A DNA stretch of 63,455 bases, counting the filler. It is 4 parts of 4 records of this genome, joined end to end, with 100 filler letters (N's around TTAATTAATTAA, not from the genome) between each part and the next. Parts side by side here need not be neighbours in the genome. Positions count along the whole stretch, not along the records: positions 1 to 31,125 come from SRR31156797_25085; 3 more parts are not named here. One strand, 5' to 3'. Made by a program: the position numbers and the translations under genes. The notes under the pieces were generated by a model. It made no database searches. It was not told where the DNA came from and worked only from the letters and a program-made list of their open reading frames with translations. This document shows positions 18,427 to 28,497 of the stretch, one piece after another; position 1 is the first letter of the stretch; each line of letters starts with the position of its first letter.

Positions 18427-20244
18427 TTGAAGCGAATCTTTCCCATCATTTCCCTGCTTGTCCTGCTGGGTGTTTTGATACTCAAGGAAAACCTCATAAA
18501 ACGCCCCGAAGGGTTTGCCGGGGAAGGATGTCTCTTTTGCCATAAGGAGATGTCGGATCCCGACCGGTCCCATCCGGTATCTGCCTTTGGATGCAGTCCC
18601 TGTCACCTGGGCAATCCCTATTCCCTGGACGAAAAACGAGCGCACGCCACCCTGATCAAAAACCCGGGAGATCTTCGGGTGGTAGAAATGACCTGCGGAA
18701 AAACCGGCTGTCATGGAGCGATCGTGGGCCGCGTCAAAAAAAGCCTTATGGCCACCAACAGGGGTATCTTGAGGATCGTTCAGGATGAATGGGGCAATGG
18801 ACACAAGGGCGCATTTGTGCCGGCAAAGCCCCTGGGTGTGAGGGATCTGTATGGAAAACAGCCCCCCTCAAATGTTCCCCTCGATCTCTACCGTAAAATG
18901 TGCGGCGGGTGCCATTTATGGAAAGAAAAGGGGGATGGGAACGGCGAGGTGGGCAGAAGGGGCGGTGGATGCAGTGATTGTCACGTGGTGGACGAAGAAA
19001 AAATGGAAAACCGGGGAAGCCTCCTGATCCAACATCCTAAAATGACCACAAGAATCCCCTCTGAAAACTGTGTCAAATGCCATAATCGATCCGCGAGAAT
19101 CGGATTGTCCTATTTCGGGAGATTCGAATCGGCAGGGTATGGCACACCCTACCAAGGGGGCAATTTGAGCAGCAGGCGGCTTTCCGGCAACCGTTTTTAT
19201 CTCGATCTTCCATGCGATATCCATTTTGAAAAGGGCAAAATGGTCTGTATCGATTGCCATACGGCCACCGGGTTGATGGGAGACGGTCATTCATACGACA
19301 AAATGGCGGAGCAGGTGGACATTACCTGCGAGGCGTGCCACTCGCCCCGGTTTGCATGGAACCCGGAGGCTGAGCCCCTGGCAAACCGGCTGGCCGTCCT
19401 CAACGGAAAAATACCCGAACCGGAGAAAAGACCCATCGGTTTCACCCGAAAGGGAACCCCCCTTTACAATCTTCAAAAGGTTGATGGAAAACCGGTCTTT
19501 TACCGGAAAATGGACGGCCGGCCCTTGAAACTAAAGGGGGTGAGTAAATCGGAAAAAGCACATCACAATCTGAAAGGTCATGATCGACTCTCCTGCCAGG
19601 CTTGCCACAGCGCCTGGGTTCCCCAGTGCTATGGATGCCATTTGACTTACCGGAAATCGGCGCTGCAAAAAGACTGGATCAGTGGGAAGAAAAGCCTTGG
19701 CAAATGGAAAGAAACCCGTTCCTACTTGCGGTTTGAAAAACCTGCCCTGGGTGTTCGCGGTGATGATCGCATTTTCCCCATCTCTCCCTGCCAGGTGTTT
19801 TTTTCCCCTTTCGATGATGCCGGTCGATATATGGGCGCCGAGTCTTTTACAAACCTCAACCTGTCCGCATTTGATCCCCACACCACACGGGAAAAATCCC
19901 GCACGTGCATCGATTGCCACGCGGATCCCAAAACCATCGGACTGGGTGAGGGGATCCTCCACCGGAATGGCGGGAAACGGATTTTCAGGCCCACACACCG
20001 TGCTTCGGATCATGGGCCGGGCCTGTCATTTCCCCTGGATGGTTTTGTAACCCTTGCGGGAGATCCCCTTCAAACCGGGTCAAAAAACGGGGTGAGGCCA
20101 TTTGACGCTAAAGAAATTGACCGAATTCTCTCGGTGGATACTTGTGTTGGATGTCACAGCACTTATGAAGACAGGATTTATCGGGATTTCCCGAAATCCT
20201 TGAAGCGATTTGAAACGGAGCGGGGGTTACCATGCCTCAATTAA
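18427..20244 (+). CDS. multiheme c-type cytochrome (11 CxxCH plus one CX4CH), N-terminal membrane anchor or signal
   Basis: CLFCH, CSPCH, CGKTGCH, CGGCH, CSDCH, CVKCH, CIDCH, CEACH, CQACH, CYGCH, CIDCH, CVGCH. Confidence 0.9.
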   Translation: MKRIFPIISLLVLLGVLILKENLIKRPEGFAGEGCLFCHKEMSDPDRSHPVSAFGCSPCHLGNPYSLDEKRAHATLIKNPGDLRVVEMTCGKTGCHGAIVGRVKKSLMATNRGILRIVQDEWGNGHKGAFVPAKPLGVRDLYGKQPPSNVPLDLYRKMCGGCHLWKEKGDGNGEVGRRGGGCSDCHVVDEEKMENRGSLLIQHPKMTTRIPSENCVKCHNRSARIGLSYFGRFESAGYGTPYQGGNLSSRRLSGNRFYLDLPCDIHFEKGKMVCIDCHTATGLMGDGHSYDKMAEQVDITCEACHSPRFAWNPEAEPLANRLAVLNGKIPEPEKRPIGFTRKGTPLYNLQKVDGKPVFYRKMDGRPLKLKGVSKSEKAHHNLKGHDRLSCQACHSAWVPQCYGCHLTYRKSALQKDWISGKKSLGKWKETRSYLRFEKPALGVRGDDRIFPISPCQVFFSPFDDAGRYMGAESFTNLNLSAFDPHTTREKSRTCIDCHADPKTIGLGEGILHRNGGKRIFRPTHRASDHGPGLSFPLDGFVTLAGDPLQTGSKNGVRPFDAKEIDRILSVDTCVGCHSTYEDRIYRDFPKSLKRFETERGLPCLN

Positions 20245-22010
20245 GCCCGTTCCATGGCTTTCCTTCAAAGTGTTCTCTGATATTGCTCCTGTGTTTCTGC
20301 TTTGTGTTATCAGCGCCGGTGGGGAACACTCCCGCATGGGAAGAGGATCCGCCTGAAGGTGATTTCAGCGACTGCACGGCATGCCACAAAGGGATTGAAG
20401 TCATCAGTCCCAACCACCCCTTTGCCTGCGCCACATGTCATTTGCACCCGAAGGATCGCCACACAAGGCCTCTCAGGAGCCACCGGACCATCCTGCGCAA
20501 CCCGTCCGATCCCGCGCATATGCGTCAGTTCTGCCTCCCTTGTCACCAAAGGGAAGTTGAAACACTTGAGCATTCCCTGCACTGGTCCCTGGCAGGCGTG
20601 ATCAACCAGACCCGTTTCCTGTGGGGTGCCCAGGAAACGGCCGCTCCTATCTATGGCATTAAAGGCCCCCTTAAACCCCTGCCGGAGTCCGATTTTTCAA
20701 AATATCCCCAAAAGCCGGAAAACCTCGTGGACGATTTTCTGCGAAGGCGCTGCCTGAGGTGCCACATCCATACGCGGGGACCGGGGGGGAGCGGCCTTTA
20801 TCGGGCCACCGGCTGCGCCGCGTGCCACATGCATTACAGCAATGATGGTTGTTACCAAGGGCAGGACCGGGCCATCTCAAAATCAAAGACCGGATATCCG
20901 ACCAGACACACCTGGACCCGGCAGATCCCCAACGAACAGTGCCTTCACTGCCATCACCAGAACCATGTGGGCGCTGATTATGAAGGGTTTTTTGAGCATG
21001 ATTACAGCGATGATTTCCGTTCCCCCCTTGTTCAGGGAAAGCCGAAACCCAGGACCCACGGGTTGGATTACCATCATCTGTCCAAAGACGTCCATTTTGA
21101 AAGGGGCCTTTGGTGTATGGATTGCCACACCCAAAAAGATGTCATGGGAGACGGGCATTCCTACGGTTATGAAATGGAAGTTCCCAAACGCGCCTGCAGG
21201 GATTGTCATGGGGGATTTGGTGAGCGGTTACCCGATTTATCCATTTCCGCCATCGGCAGGGCGTCTGACGGCTTTTATTTTATTTCCCGGAATTCCGGTC
21301 AAAGACATCCCCTTCCCTTGTTTTCCGCCCCTTCCGCGGCCCACCGCATTGATGCCCACAAAAATGTTCGTTGCAGCGCCTGTCATGCCCAGTGGTCCTA
21401 CCAGGATTACGGGTTGAGTGTCATGCGCGAGGAGATTATCCAGGATTATAAATGGATTGACCGAACGGTCCAGGGGGATCCGGAGCTGGAAAAAGAACTG
21501 AAACGGCACACGGCAAAAGATGTGGTCGGTTATCCGGTTTCAACGGACTGGTTGTCCGGTGAGAAAAGACCGGGGATCTGGTCCATGGGCTGGCGGTTCA
21601 GGCGATGGGAGCCCATGCCCCTGGGTGTGGACCATACGGGGCGTTTTGCCGTTTTGCGGCCGCGATATCAATACCTGATCTCTGCCGTAAACGAAATGGG
21701 CCATGTGTCCCTCGACAGCGTTGCGCCCCAAAGGGGGGACGGCAGCGGACGGGGATGGGCTTTCATGCCCTATGTGCCCCACACGGTTGCCCCGTTCGGC
21801 AGAGGGTGCCTTTCCTGTCACGGGAACCGGGATGTAGCGGGATTGGGTCCGGAGGAAAAGCCGACCATGGACACCCTTCTGACCGTGCCGTCCCCGCCGG
21901 CGGTTCGAACCATGCGTCTGTTGAACGCTCGGGAACGGAAAAAACTGTTCCGGCCCGGGGCAAAGTGGCACAAGGAAAGGCTCAGGAGTCTGAAGCAGCG
22001 GCCTCAGTAG
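20232..22010 (+). CDS. multiheme c-type cytochrome (10 CxxCH), paralog of the upstream gene
   Basis: CTACH, CATCH, CLPCH, CLRCH, CAACH, CLHCH, CMDCH, CRDCH, CSACH, CLSCH; signal peptide. Confidence 0.9.
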   Translation: MPQLSPFHGFPSKCSLILLLCFCFVLSAPVGNTPAWEEDPPEGDFSDCTACHKGIEVISPNHPFACATCHLHPKDRHTRPLRSHRTILRNPSDPAHMRQFCLPCHQREVETLEHSLHWSLAGVINQTRFLWGAQETAAPIYGIKGPLKPLPESDFSKYPQKPENLVDDFLRRRCLRCHIHTRGPGGSGLYRATGCAACHMHYSNDGCYQGQDRAISKSKTGYPTRHTWTRQIPNEQCLHCHHQNHVGADYEGFFEHDYSDDFRSPLVQGKPKPRTHGLDYHHLSKDVHFERGLWCMDCHTQKDVMGDGHSYGYEMEVPKRACRDCHGGFGERLPDLSISAIGRASDGFYFISRNSGQRHPLPLFSAPSAAHRIDAHKNVRCSACHAQWSYQDYGLSVMREEIIQDYKWIDRTVQGDPELEKELKRHTAKDVVGYPVSTDWLSGEKRPGIWSMGWRFRRWEPMPLGVDHTGRFAVLRPRYQYLISAVNEMGHVSLDSVAPQRGDGSGRGWAFMPYVPHTVAPFGRGCLSCHGNRDVAGLGPEEKPTMDTLLTVPSPPAVRTMRLLNARERKKLFRPGAKWHKERLRSLKQRPQ

Positions 22011-22921
22011 GAAAGTTGGTATTGTAAATTGGTCCCTTCCCGTTTGATACGCACACTGGCGGCGGAAGATAATATATACAGGTTAAGCCTTGATTCCCGA
22101 TCCTCATAGTCATCGGTCATATAGCCCGCCGGAGAGCTGTTTTGTTCTTTCGACCAACCCCCGCCCGACAACGCAACGGGCCTGTTTTCCGGGCGGTGGA
22201 CAACAAGCGCCCCCGCTGTTATCGGCAGGCTGATTTCGGCGCTGCTCCCCTTCAGGTCGAAATCCGCGTCGTAATCACCGGCAGTGTAAATCCCTTTAAA
22301 ATCAAGGTCAACGCAGCTGCCCAAAGCCTTTAATTGAAACTTCTCAAAATTGGTATTGCCGATGTTGGACAGTGTAAAGAAAGTCCCCTCACACGTTATG
22401 CCGAACTTTCGAATACTGAAAAGCGTGGGTTCCTTGAAATCCAGCTTTGTCTGTGCTCCCTTTAGATTCAGGACGAGGGTGTCCAGGGGCACCCCCCCCA
22501 GGTCCATGTTCGCTTGAACACCTGAAAAATCAAGGGTCAGATCGGTTTCAAGATCATACCTTCCGATCCGGATTTCCCAATCGTGCAAGGGGGTCCCCAT
22601 GTCCTGTGCAGTGGATACGCCCGATGAAAAAACCGCCGAAAAGGTGTCCCCCGAAAAGCTTTCGGCGGATACGGGTGCAAGTGCTCCGCTGTCGCATCTC
22701 ACGAGGACTTTGATAATGAAATTGGGGTCTTCGGAGAGTTTGAAGGCCACCCTTGCATGACTGATGCTGAAACGCAAATCCAATCGATTGGCGCCTCTTG
22801 AAAGGATGGGGTCGGGCCGTACCACAAATTCCTGTTCGTAAGGGGCCCCATTCACATGGGTACCGCCGGAAAACAGGCAAACCATCAACAGGCCCATGAT
22901 GAGGTTGATTTTTTTTAACAT
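22004..22921 (-). CDS. exported beta-rich hypothetical protein (toast-rack/LiaF-like repeats possible)
   Basis: Signal peptide and repeated L.LDF..G short strands. Family call is tentative. Confidence 0.55.
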   Translation of the reverse strand: MLKKINLIMGLLMVCLFSGGTHVNGAPYEQEFVVRPDPILSRGANRLDLRFSISHARVAFKLSEDPNFIIKVLVRCDSGALAPVSAESFSGDTFSAVFSSGVSTAQDMGTPLHDWEIRIGRYDLETDLTLDFSGVQANMDLGGVPLDTLVLNLKGAQTKLDFKEPTLFSIRKFGITCEGTFFTLSNIGNTNFEKFQLKALGSCVDLDFKGIYTAGDYDADFDLKGSSAEISLPITAGALVVHRPENRPVALSGGGWSKEQNSSPAGYMTDDYEDRESRLNLYILSSAASVRIKREGTNLQYQLSY

Positions 22922-23123
22922 CTTCAATTAACCCCGAAACAAATGTTATTTTTTTCTCATTTTCTATTATTATAAGTAAATCCAATCCGAGAGTCAACAA
23001 CCCGGCTTGACACACAAAACCCAATTGCATATGGATTTGTATCGCGAGCCGATCTCTCGGAATAGGGAAATCTATTGGATCATAAGGCCTTTATCACTTT
23101 TATTGAAAATTCAAAATAAGCGT

Positions 23124-24701
23124 ATGCAATTCAGAATAAATAATACAAAACTTTTTTGGGGAGGACTTATTCTGTTTGAAGTTCCCCTGTTCCTGGGGTT
23201 TTGTTTCTGGCGGGGCAGTATCCCAATGCTCTGCCTTGCAGGACTTGGGATAGCCACTCTGATTTATTCATCATTTTTACTCAGTAAGAATAGCCTATTT
23301 CTAAATCAGGTAAAAATTATAATTTTATTCTTTAAAAGGAATTTTTATTTAATATTTATTTTGTTTGGCATAAGCTGGTTGGGAATTGCGATTATAAGAT
23401 ATGTCAGTGTGCAGTATTATATTGGTGATATTGGAAATTTTGCTTATGAAATTGCACAGTTTGTTAAAACCGGGACGCTGCACGCAACGATTCTCAATCG
23501 TCATGCTTTAGCGGATCATTTTGTACCTAATTTACTTTTATTCTACCCATTCTTTAAGGTTTGCCCTTCCTTTTTATGGTTGACGGCTTTTCAAATTGCA
23601 GCTTTTTTGTCATCTGTTTTTGTGCTGATCCGTATCGGAAAACAGGTATTTCCCCATAATCAAGATTGGCTTGTCTTTATTGCACCGGCCATATTCCTGA
23701 CTCATAATCTGGTCGCTCTTACGGTGTTACACCAGACACAACCATCGGCTTTTTCATTGCCGTTCATATTATTGGCCTTTTCATTTGCCATCGACAAGAA
23801 ATATGTGACAATGTTTATTGTCTTAGTGTTTCTATTAGGATTCAAAGAAAATCTGGCGTTGGTATGGATAAGCTTGGGCATGTTTTTTATGGTTCATCTG
23901 AAAAAAATGAAACTGGGAATTTCACTCATAATTATGGGCATAATTTTTGGGTTATTAGTATATTTTATCATTATGCCCTATTTTGATGGTGGCAGTTATC
24001 CTCACCACATGGGCAGATTTGGACCATTCTCTTTAATACCCCAGAAAATTTTTCTAATTACCGTTTCCTTGATTTCCGTGGGGTTCCTCCCTCTTTTGGC
24101 CCCTAAATCTTTACTCTATATTCTGCCCGCTTTTGGAATCGCTCTGGTTTCTAAAGCCCCTAAGATGGTATTATTTAATAATCACTATCAGGATATTCCC
24201 TTAACCGTACTGTTTATAGGGGTGATTTATGGGTTGAAAAGTCTATCAAATGGGAAAAGCTGGCTATATAAAATTGATAAGAAATATTTGGAATATATTG
24301 CAGCCATGGTTTTCGTTGTCATCATTTTTAGTAACCCAAGGAGTCCCACTCTAATAATAAAAAACTACTGGCCTGATCCGGATGAGATTCTCTTGTTTCA
24401 TGAAATCAAGCGTTATGAAAAGATAGCACCCATGGATGTTAAAATTTGGGTTGATGAGCGTATTGGACCGTTCCTTATTAATCATCCATATTTAAAATCA
24501 ATCGATTGCTGGGGGGGATGGGCAGGCGCCGTAAATGACACGGAACCTCACATTATTGTTGTTCCGGTGGAAACGTTGTCGGTATTGCCTCCAAAAGATT
24601 ATCGTGAATTTAGAAAAAAGATGGACATCGCTTTAGCGCAAGGGAAGTATCGCGAAATAAAAAAATTCAATAAACTGCTCATTTACCAATATTGCCATTG
24701 A
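23124..24701 (+). CDS. DUF2079-family multi-pass membrane protein (GT-C-like)
   Basis: D.G.F, LADHF.P, KE and HY motifs with many TM segments. Visibly AT-richer than its flanks. Confidence 0.75.
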   Translation: MQFRINNTKLFWGGLILFEVPLFLGFCFWRGSIPMLCLAGLGIATLIYSSFLLSKNSLFLNQVKIIILFFKRNFYLIFILFGISWLGIAIIRYVSVQYYIGDIGNFAYEIAQFVKTGTLHATILNRHALADHFVPNLLLFYPFFKVCPSFLWLTAFQIAAFLSSVFVLIRIGKQVFPHNQDWLVFIAPAIFLTHNLVALTVLHQTQPSAFSLPFILLAFSFAIDKKYVTMFIVLVFLLGFKENLALVWISLGMFFMVHLKKMKLGISLIIMGIIFGLLVYFIIMPYFDGGSYPHHMGRFGPFSLIPQKIFLITVSLISVGFLPLLAPKSLLYILPAFGIALVSKAPKMVLFNNHYQDIPLTVLFIGVIYGLKSLSNGKSWLYKIDKKYLEYIAAMVFVVIIFSNPRSPTLIIKNYWPDPDEILLFHEIKRYEKIAPMDVKIWVDERIGPFLINHPYLKSIDCWGGWAGAVNDTEPHIIVVPVETLSVLPPKDYREFRKKMDIALAQGKYREIKKFNKLLIYQYCH

Positions 24702-24704
24702 TAA

Positions 24705-24759
24705 GACCCATTCCATCACCGGGGTGACGTAGAAAATCTCACCAAACCGGAGATGGGTC
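24705..24759. terminator. imperfect hairpin between convergent genes
   Basis: GACCCAT...ATGGGTC outer stem with an inner GGTGA/TCACC stem. Confidence 0.4.
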
Positions 24760-24796
24760 ATGCCCCGGATTTCTCATGATGTCTCACCCCTGCAGG

Positions 24797-26341
24797 TCAT
24801 GCTTTCCGGTCCGTGGGTGCTTTCAGCGCAGGCGATCCCTGATGGTCCTTGCCAAGGTGGAAATTGATCCATGAGGAGGTTCGGTCCAGGTCCCAGTTGC
24901 GGGGAGGGATAAACCCCTGATAGATTTTGTCGGGTTTGCCGATGGCCGCCCAGCGCCTGTAGGCCCTGAACCACACGCAATGGCGGTCCGGATTCACTTC
25001 GCAGCGGCTTTGCCGGCTGCCGCCACAGGGACCGTTTCGGGTATGTTTGGGGCATTGGGATTCCGGACAGAAAAACGCCAGGTGTTGAAGGCTGCAATCC
25101 CCACACTCCCGGCACGAAAAAAGCATTTTTTTTGAGATATCTTCGAGGGTTTTGGTGAAAAGGTATCCGAATGGGCGTTTTTCAAGCCTGGCGCAGAGAT
25201 TCCGGTATAGGCCCGAAAAAAGAGCGTTATGGCTGAAAAAGGTACGGTGAACCTCCCGATATGTACCAAAAAGCATTCTTTCCGCCGGTGATATCCGGCT
25301 CGTTGAAGGATTCAATTCCGTGCTGCAAAGTCCCGTTTCAGGGTCCCGGGCATACCGGTAGAATCCGTTTTTCTGCGGAAAATCAAACGCCGGTATAAAG
25401 TCCCGCCACCGGTGCCCGATCTTTTCCATGCGATCCAGAATTTGTGCCAGGGTGTCGAATTGATGGTTGATGCCCCCGAAATGGGCCCCCTTGTACCCCA
25501 GACCTTTCAGGACAACCGCCAGTCGTGCCGAGCGTTCGACCGCCGCCGAATGCCCTTCCTTTTTGTTTTGCCATTCCCTCTGAACCTTTCTCAACAGCTC
25601 AGGGGTTACCACCACGCCGGGCACCCGTCCCGTGGCCATGATTCTGGCGGCCCCGGGTGTCAGCACATACACGGACCCCAGGGTGGGGGTTTGCATTCCC
25701 CACTCTCTTTGAACGGAGAGGAGTTCATGGAATTTTCGAACGTCATAACCCAGTTGGGTGATGATGAAACGGGCTCTAGCCCTCACCTTTTTTTGCATTT
25801 TGGCGTACTGGCAAAAAATCTCCTCTTCCGTCTGCTTAAACGGGGAAACCGCGCACCCCACAAAAAAATTTTCCCGATCATCCAAAGCCAGGGTGCCTTC
25901 CCCCATCATTTTGAGCATGACGAGAAGGCTTACCGAGTCCAGATCAAAAACCGGGGCACCTTTTCCGGCAAACCCCTCTCCCGAAAAATCACCGGTAAGC
26001 GCCAGGATATTTCGAATTCCCATATGCCCCAACTGAAGGGCACGGCTTTCAAGCCCCACCCGATTCTGGTCGCGGCATGTGAAGTGGACAATCACATCCA
26101 TCCCCTTGCGGATGATGTCCCTACCCAGAACATCCGGGCTCAGGGAGGGGTGGCCGCCCGGATTGTCCGTGATGCTGACGGCCGAAACCCTCCCGTCTGC
26201 CAGGGCTCTTTCCGCAATATTCATCACCGTGTCCACGGAACGGCCCCTGGACTGTTCTCCGGGAACCAGTTCCAGGGTAATGACAAAGGATTCCGGGTCG
26301 GAAATGTCCTTTCGAAATGTCCGTTTTGGTCTTTCAGTCAT
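24797..26341 (-). CDS. metF: methylenetetrahydrofolate reductase fused to a Cys-rich MTHFR_C (MetV-like) domain
   Basis: ITLELVPG, TDN, HFTCRD, LALTGD, FIITQLGYD. C-terminal CRECGDC...CPESQCPK..RNGPCGGS...CEV.....CVW. Confidence 0.88.
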   Translation of the reverse strand: MTERPKRTFRKDISDPESFVITLELVPGEQSRGRSVDTVMNIAERALADGRVSAVSITDNPGGHPSLSPDVLGRDIIRKGMDVIVHFTCRDQNRVGLESRALQLGHMGIRNILALTGDFSGEGFAGKGAPVFDLDSVSLLVMLKMMGEGTLALDDRENFFVGCAVSPFKQTEEEIFCQYAKMQKKVRARARFIITQLGYDVRKFHELLSVQREWGMQTPTLGSVYVLTPGAARIMATGRVPGVVVTPELLRKVQREWQNKKEGHSAAVERSARLAVVLKGLGYKGAHFGGINHQFDTLAQILDRMEKIGHRWRDFIPAFDFPQKNGFYRYARDPETGLCSTELNPSTSRISPAERMLFGTYREVHRTFFSHNALFSGLYRNLCARLEKRPFGYLFTKTLEDISKKMLFSCRECGDCSLQHLAFFCPESQCPKHTRNGPCGGSRQSRCEVNPDRHCVWFRAYRRWAAIGKPDKIYQGFIPPRNWDLDRTSSWINFHLGKDHQGSPALKAPTDRKA

Positions 26342-26360
26342 GGAACCTCCCTATTCGTCC

Positions 26361-28235
26361 TTAGGGTTCATCCGTCACACATTCCGCTTTCACGATGAGC
26401 CCGATTTTTTTTCGCATGGTGTTGATGAAATTATCCCAGTAGGTTTTGTAGGTCATGCGCGCCGCCAGGAAGGGCGTCAGCACGCAGGAGCGAAGAACGT
26501 AGATGCGTCTCACCCGGTCCCATTCCTCATGGGGGATGCCGAACCGGGCCGCAAAAGTCCGGGGCGCATGGCCATACTCATCATGGCTCAGTTCGGTTTT
26601 GGAGGTGATCCAATCGTCGGCGTAGACGGGTCCTGATTCGTAGGAGCAAAGCCCGTATAGGCGGCGATTGAGGCGGTCCATGGCTTCCAGGCTGGTGTTC
26701 CCCTCCTCGTTGACCGCAAAATCCACGATGTTGAAATCGGGCCGGGTCAACGGGGCCATGCGAAACCGCCTGCCGCCGATCTCCATGAGTTCCGAATTCA
26801 GCAATGAATCGTAAAACCTGCGGGCACCTTCGATGCCTCTGCCGATGATCCGGCCGTATCCCGCCACATTCAGGGGGACCGTGCGATGGGCCGCCCATAC
26901 CGCTGCCGCGGCGGCCCCCGCCTTGGAGCCTTCCATGATATAGCTGCCCAGGAGCATGGGATTGTTCTCCCCTTCCTCAAAGACATAGGAGGCGAAGTAG
27001 GAGATCAAAGGGAGAATCCGGCTGTCTTTCACCACATAGGCGCCTGCCGCATAGGGGATATATCCCATCTTATGGGGATCGATGGTGACGGAATCCGCTG
27101 CGGGAATGGCCTTGAATGCCTCGTACACATTCCGGGTGGGCCAATCGATCTCCCGGTGAATGACCTCCTGTTCGTGAAGGGCCTGTTTCATGCGGTCAAA
27201 GGCCATGAAACGATCCTGTTCATCCAGAAAAATGGCCCGGGTGTACCCTCCGTAAGCCGCATCTATATGGAGATAAAAGGAGACCCCCTCTTTTTCGTAT
27301 TGATCTTTCATTCGTGCGATTTCATGGATCCGGTCCACGGCGCCCTCTTCGGTGGTGCCCACCACCCCCACCACGCCCAGGATCGGGATTTGGTCCCGGA
27401 TCAAGCGGTCAATGGTCTTTTTCAGGTGGGCCGTGTCCATGCGGTAGTTGTCCTTCACCTGAATGCTGATCATGTTTTCCCTGCCGATTCCCAGCAGGTC
27501 CACCGCCTTGCTCCAGCAAAAGTGTTTGGACTGGGGCGCCAGCAGCTTGCCCAGCCGTTGCCCCCGCATACCGGTTCCCCGAACGGAAGCGTCCCGCACC
27601 GCCTCCAGAATCCCCGCGGCCCGGGCCCGGTCCACCAGATCCAGGATATGGGGGGTGGACATGTTCAGAAGTTCCCAATCCGTCATTCCTCGGACCAGAT
27701 CCGGTTCCACGGCCTTTGCGGCCAGGGGGATGGACTTGAGGTTCCGGGCCATCCAGAGCCCTTCGTAGTTGGCCACGGTTCCCCCCGAGGTGATATGCCC
27801 CCAGGCTTTTTCCGGGTCATAGCCCAGGAGCCGGGCCAGCTGTTTGCCCACTTCGATTTCCAGCGGTGTGGTGGCGGGCGACCCTTCATAGGCGCAGTTG
27901 TTGGGGTTATAGAGGAGGGCTGCCATGTGGGCCAGATTGGCCACCATCAGGGTGTCGGCGTTCATATGACCCAGATAGCGGGGGGAAAACCAAGGCATGC
28001 TGGCGGCCTTGAGGCGGTCCGACAGCTCAAGGAGGGTTTCGTGGGCCCGGTCCAGGGTTTCCACGAAGGGGTGCCGGTGCTGTTCGCTTAAGGTCACGGC
28101 CTGTTTGTCGTCGGGATGAAAGTCCCGGCGCCAATGGATGTGCTCGTCGATCATAAAGTTGAGCATTTCCTTGAAAAACCGCTGGTTTTCAGATTTGGGC
28201 CCCAGAAACAGGGCTTCCACGTTGACTTTTTTCAT
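26361..28235 (-). CDS. PLP-dependent group II decarboxylase, tyrosine decarboxylase (TyrDC)-like
   Basis: ALFLGPKSEN, RYLGHMN, NPNNCAYEGSPAT, VVGVVGTTEEGAVD, HIDAAYGGY, PLP lysine SVTIDPHKMGY, EGSKAGA. Start ATG after GGGAGGA. Confidence 0.88.
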   Translation of the reverse strand: MKKVNVEALFLGPKSENQRFFKEMLNFMIDEHIHWRRDFHPDDKQAVTLSEQHRHPFVETLDRAHETLLELSDRLKAASMPWFSPRYLGHMNADTLMVANLAHMAALLYNPNNCAYEGSPATTPLEIEVGKQLARLLGYDPEKAWGHITSGGTVANYEGLWMARNLKSIPLAAKAVEPDLVRGMTDWELLNMSTPHILDLVDRARAAGILEAVRDASVRGTGMRGQRLGKLLAPQSKHFCWSKAVDLLGIGRENMISIQVKDNYRMDTAHLKKTIDRLIRDQIPILGVVGVVGTTEEGAVDRIHEIARMKDQYEKEGVSFYLHIDAAYGGYTRAIFLDEQDRFMAFDRMKQALHEQEVIHREIDWPTRNVYEAFKAIPAADSVTIDPHKMGYIPYAAGAYVVKDSRILPLISYFASYVFEEGENNPMLLGSYIMEGSKAGAAAAAVWAAHRTVPLNVAGYGRIIGRGIEGARRFYDSLLNSELMEIGGRRFRMAPLTRPDFNIVDFAVNEEGNTSLEAMDRLNRRLYGLCSYESGPVYADDWITSKTELSHDEYGHAPRTFAARFGIPHEEWDRVRRIYVLRSCVLTPFLAARMTYKTYWDNFINTMRKKIGLIVKAECVTDEP

Positions 28236-28497
28236 AACGTCCTCCCTCAAATGCCTCTGTTCCCCGGGATTCAGGGGCCATGCCCGGGCGTTAAAACAGG
28301 CGTTTTTTGACCCATGTGTATTAATTTCATAACCAAAATCACCTATGAAAGTCAACTTCGGGTCTTTTAAACCCTGTTTTTAACAACAGAAAAAACCCTG
28401 TCTTTTAAATGCCCCTCAATCCTGTAACCTTTTTCCCCCGGTTTTGGTCTTACAATTGAAAAAGTATGGAAAAACAAGAAAACGGGGGGTCGTCGCA

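Noticed and set aside
28236..28497. Possible SAM or T-box riboswitch upstream of the decarboxylase-metF operon
   Set aside because: No recognisable conserved motifs; only a short AAACCCTGT direct repeat is present.
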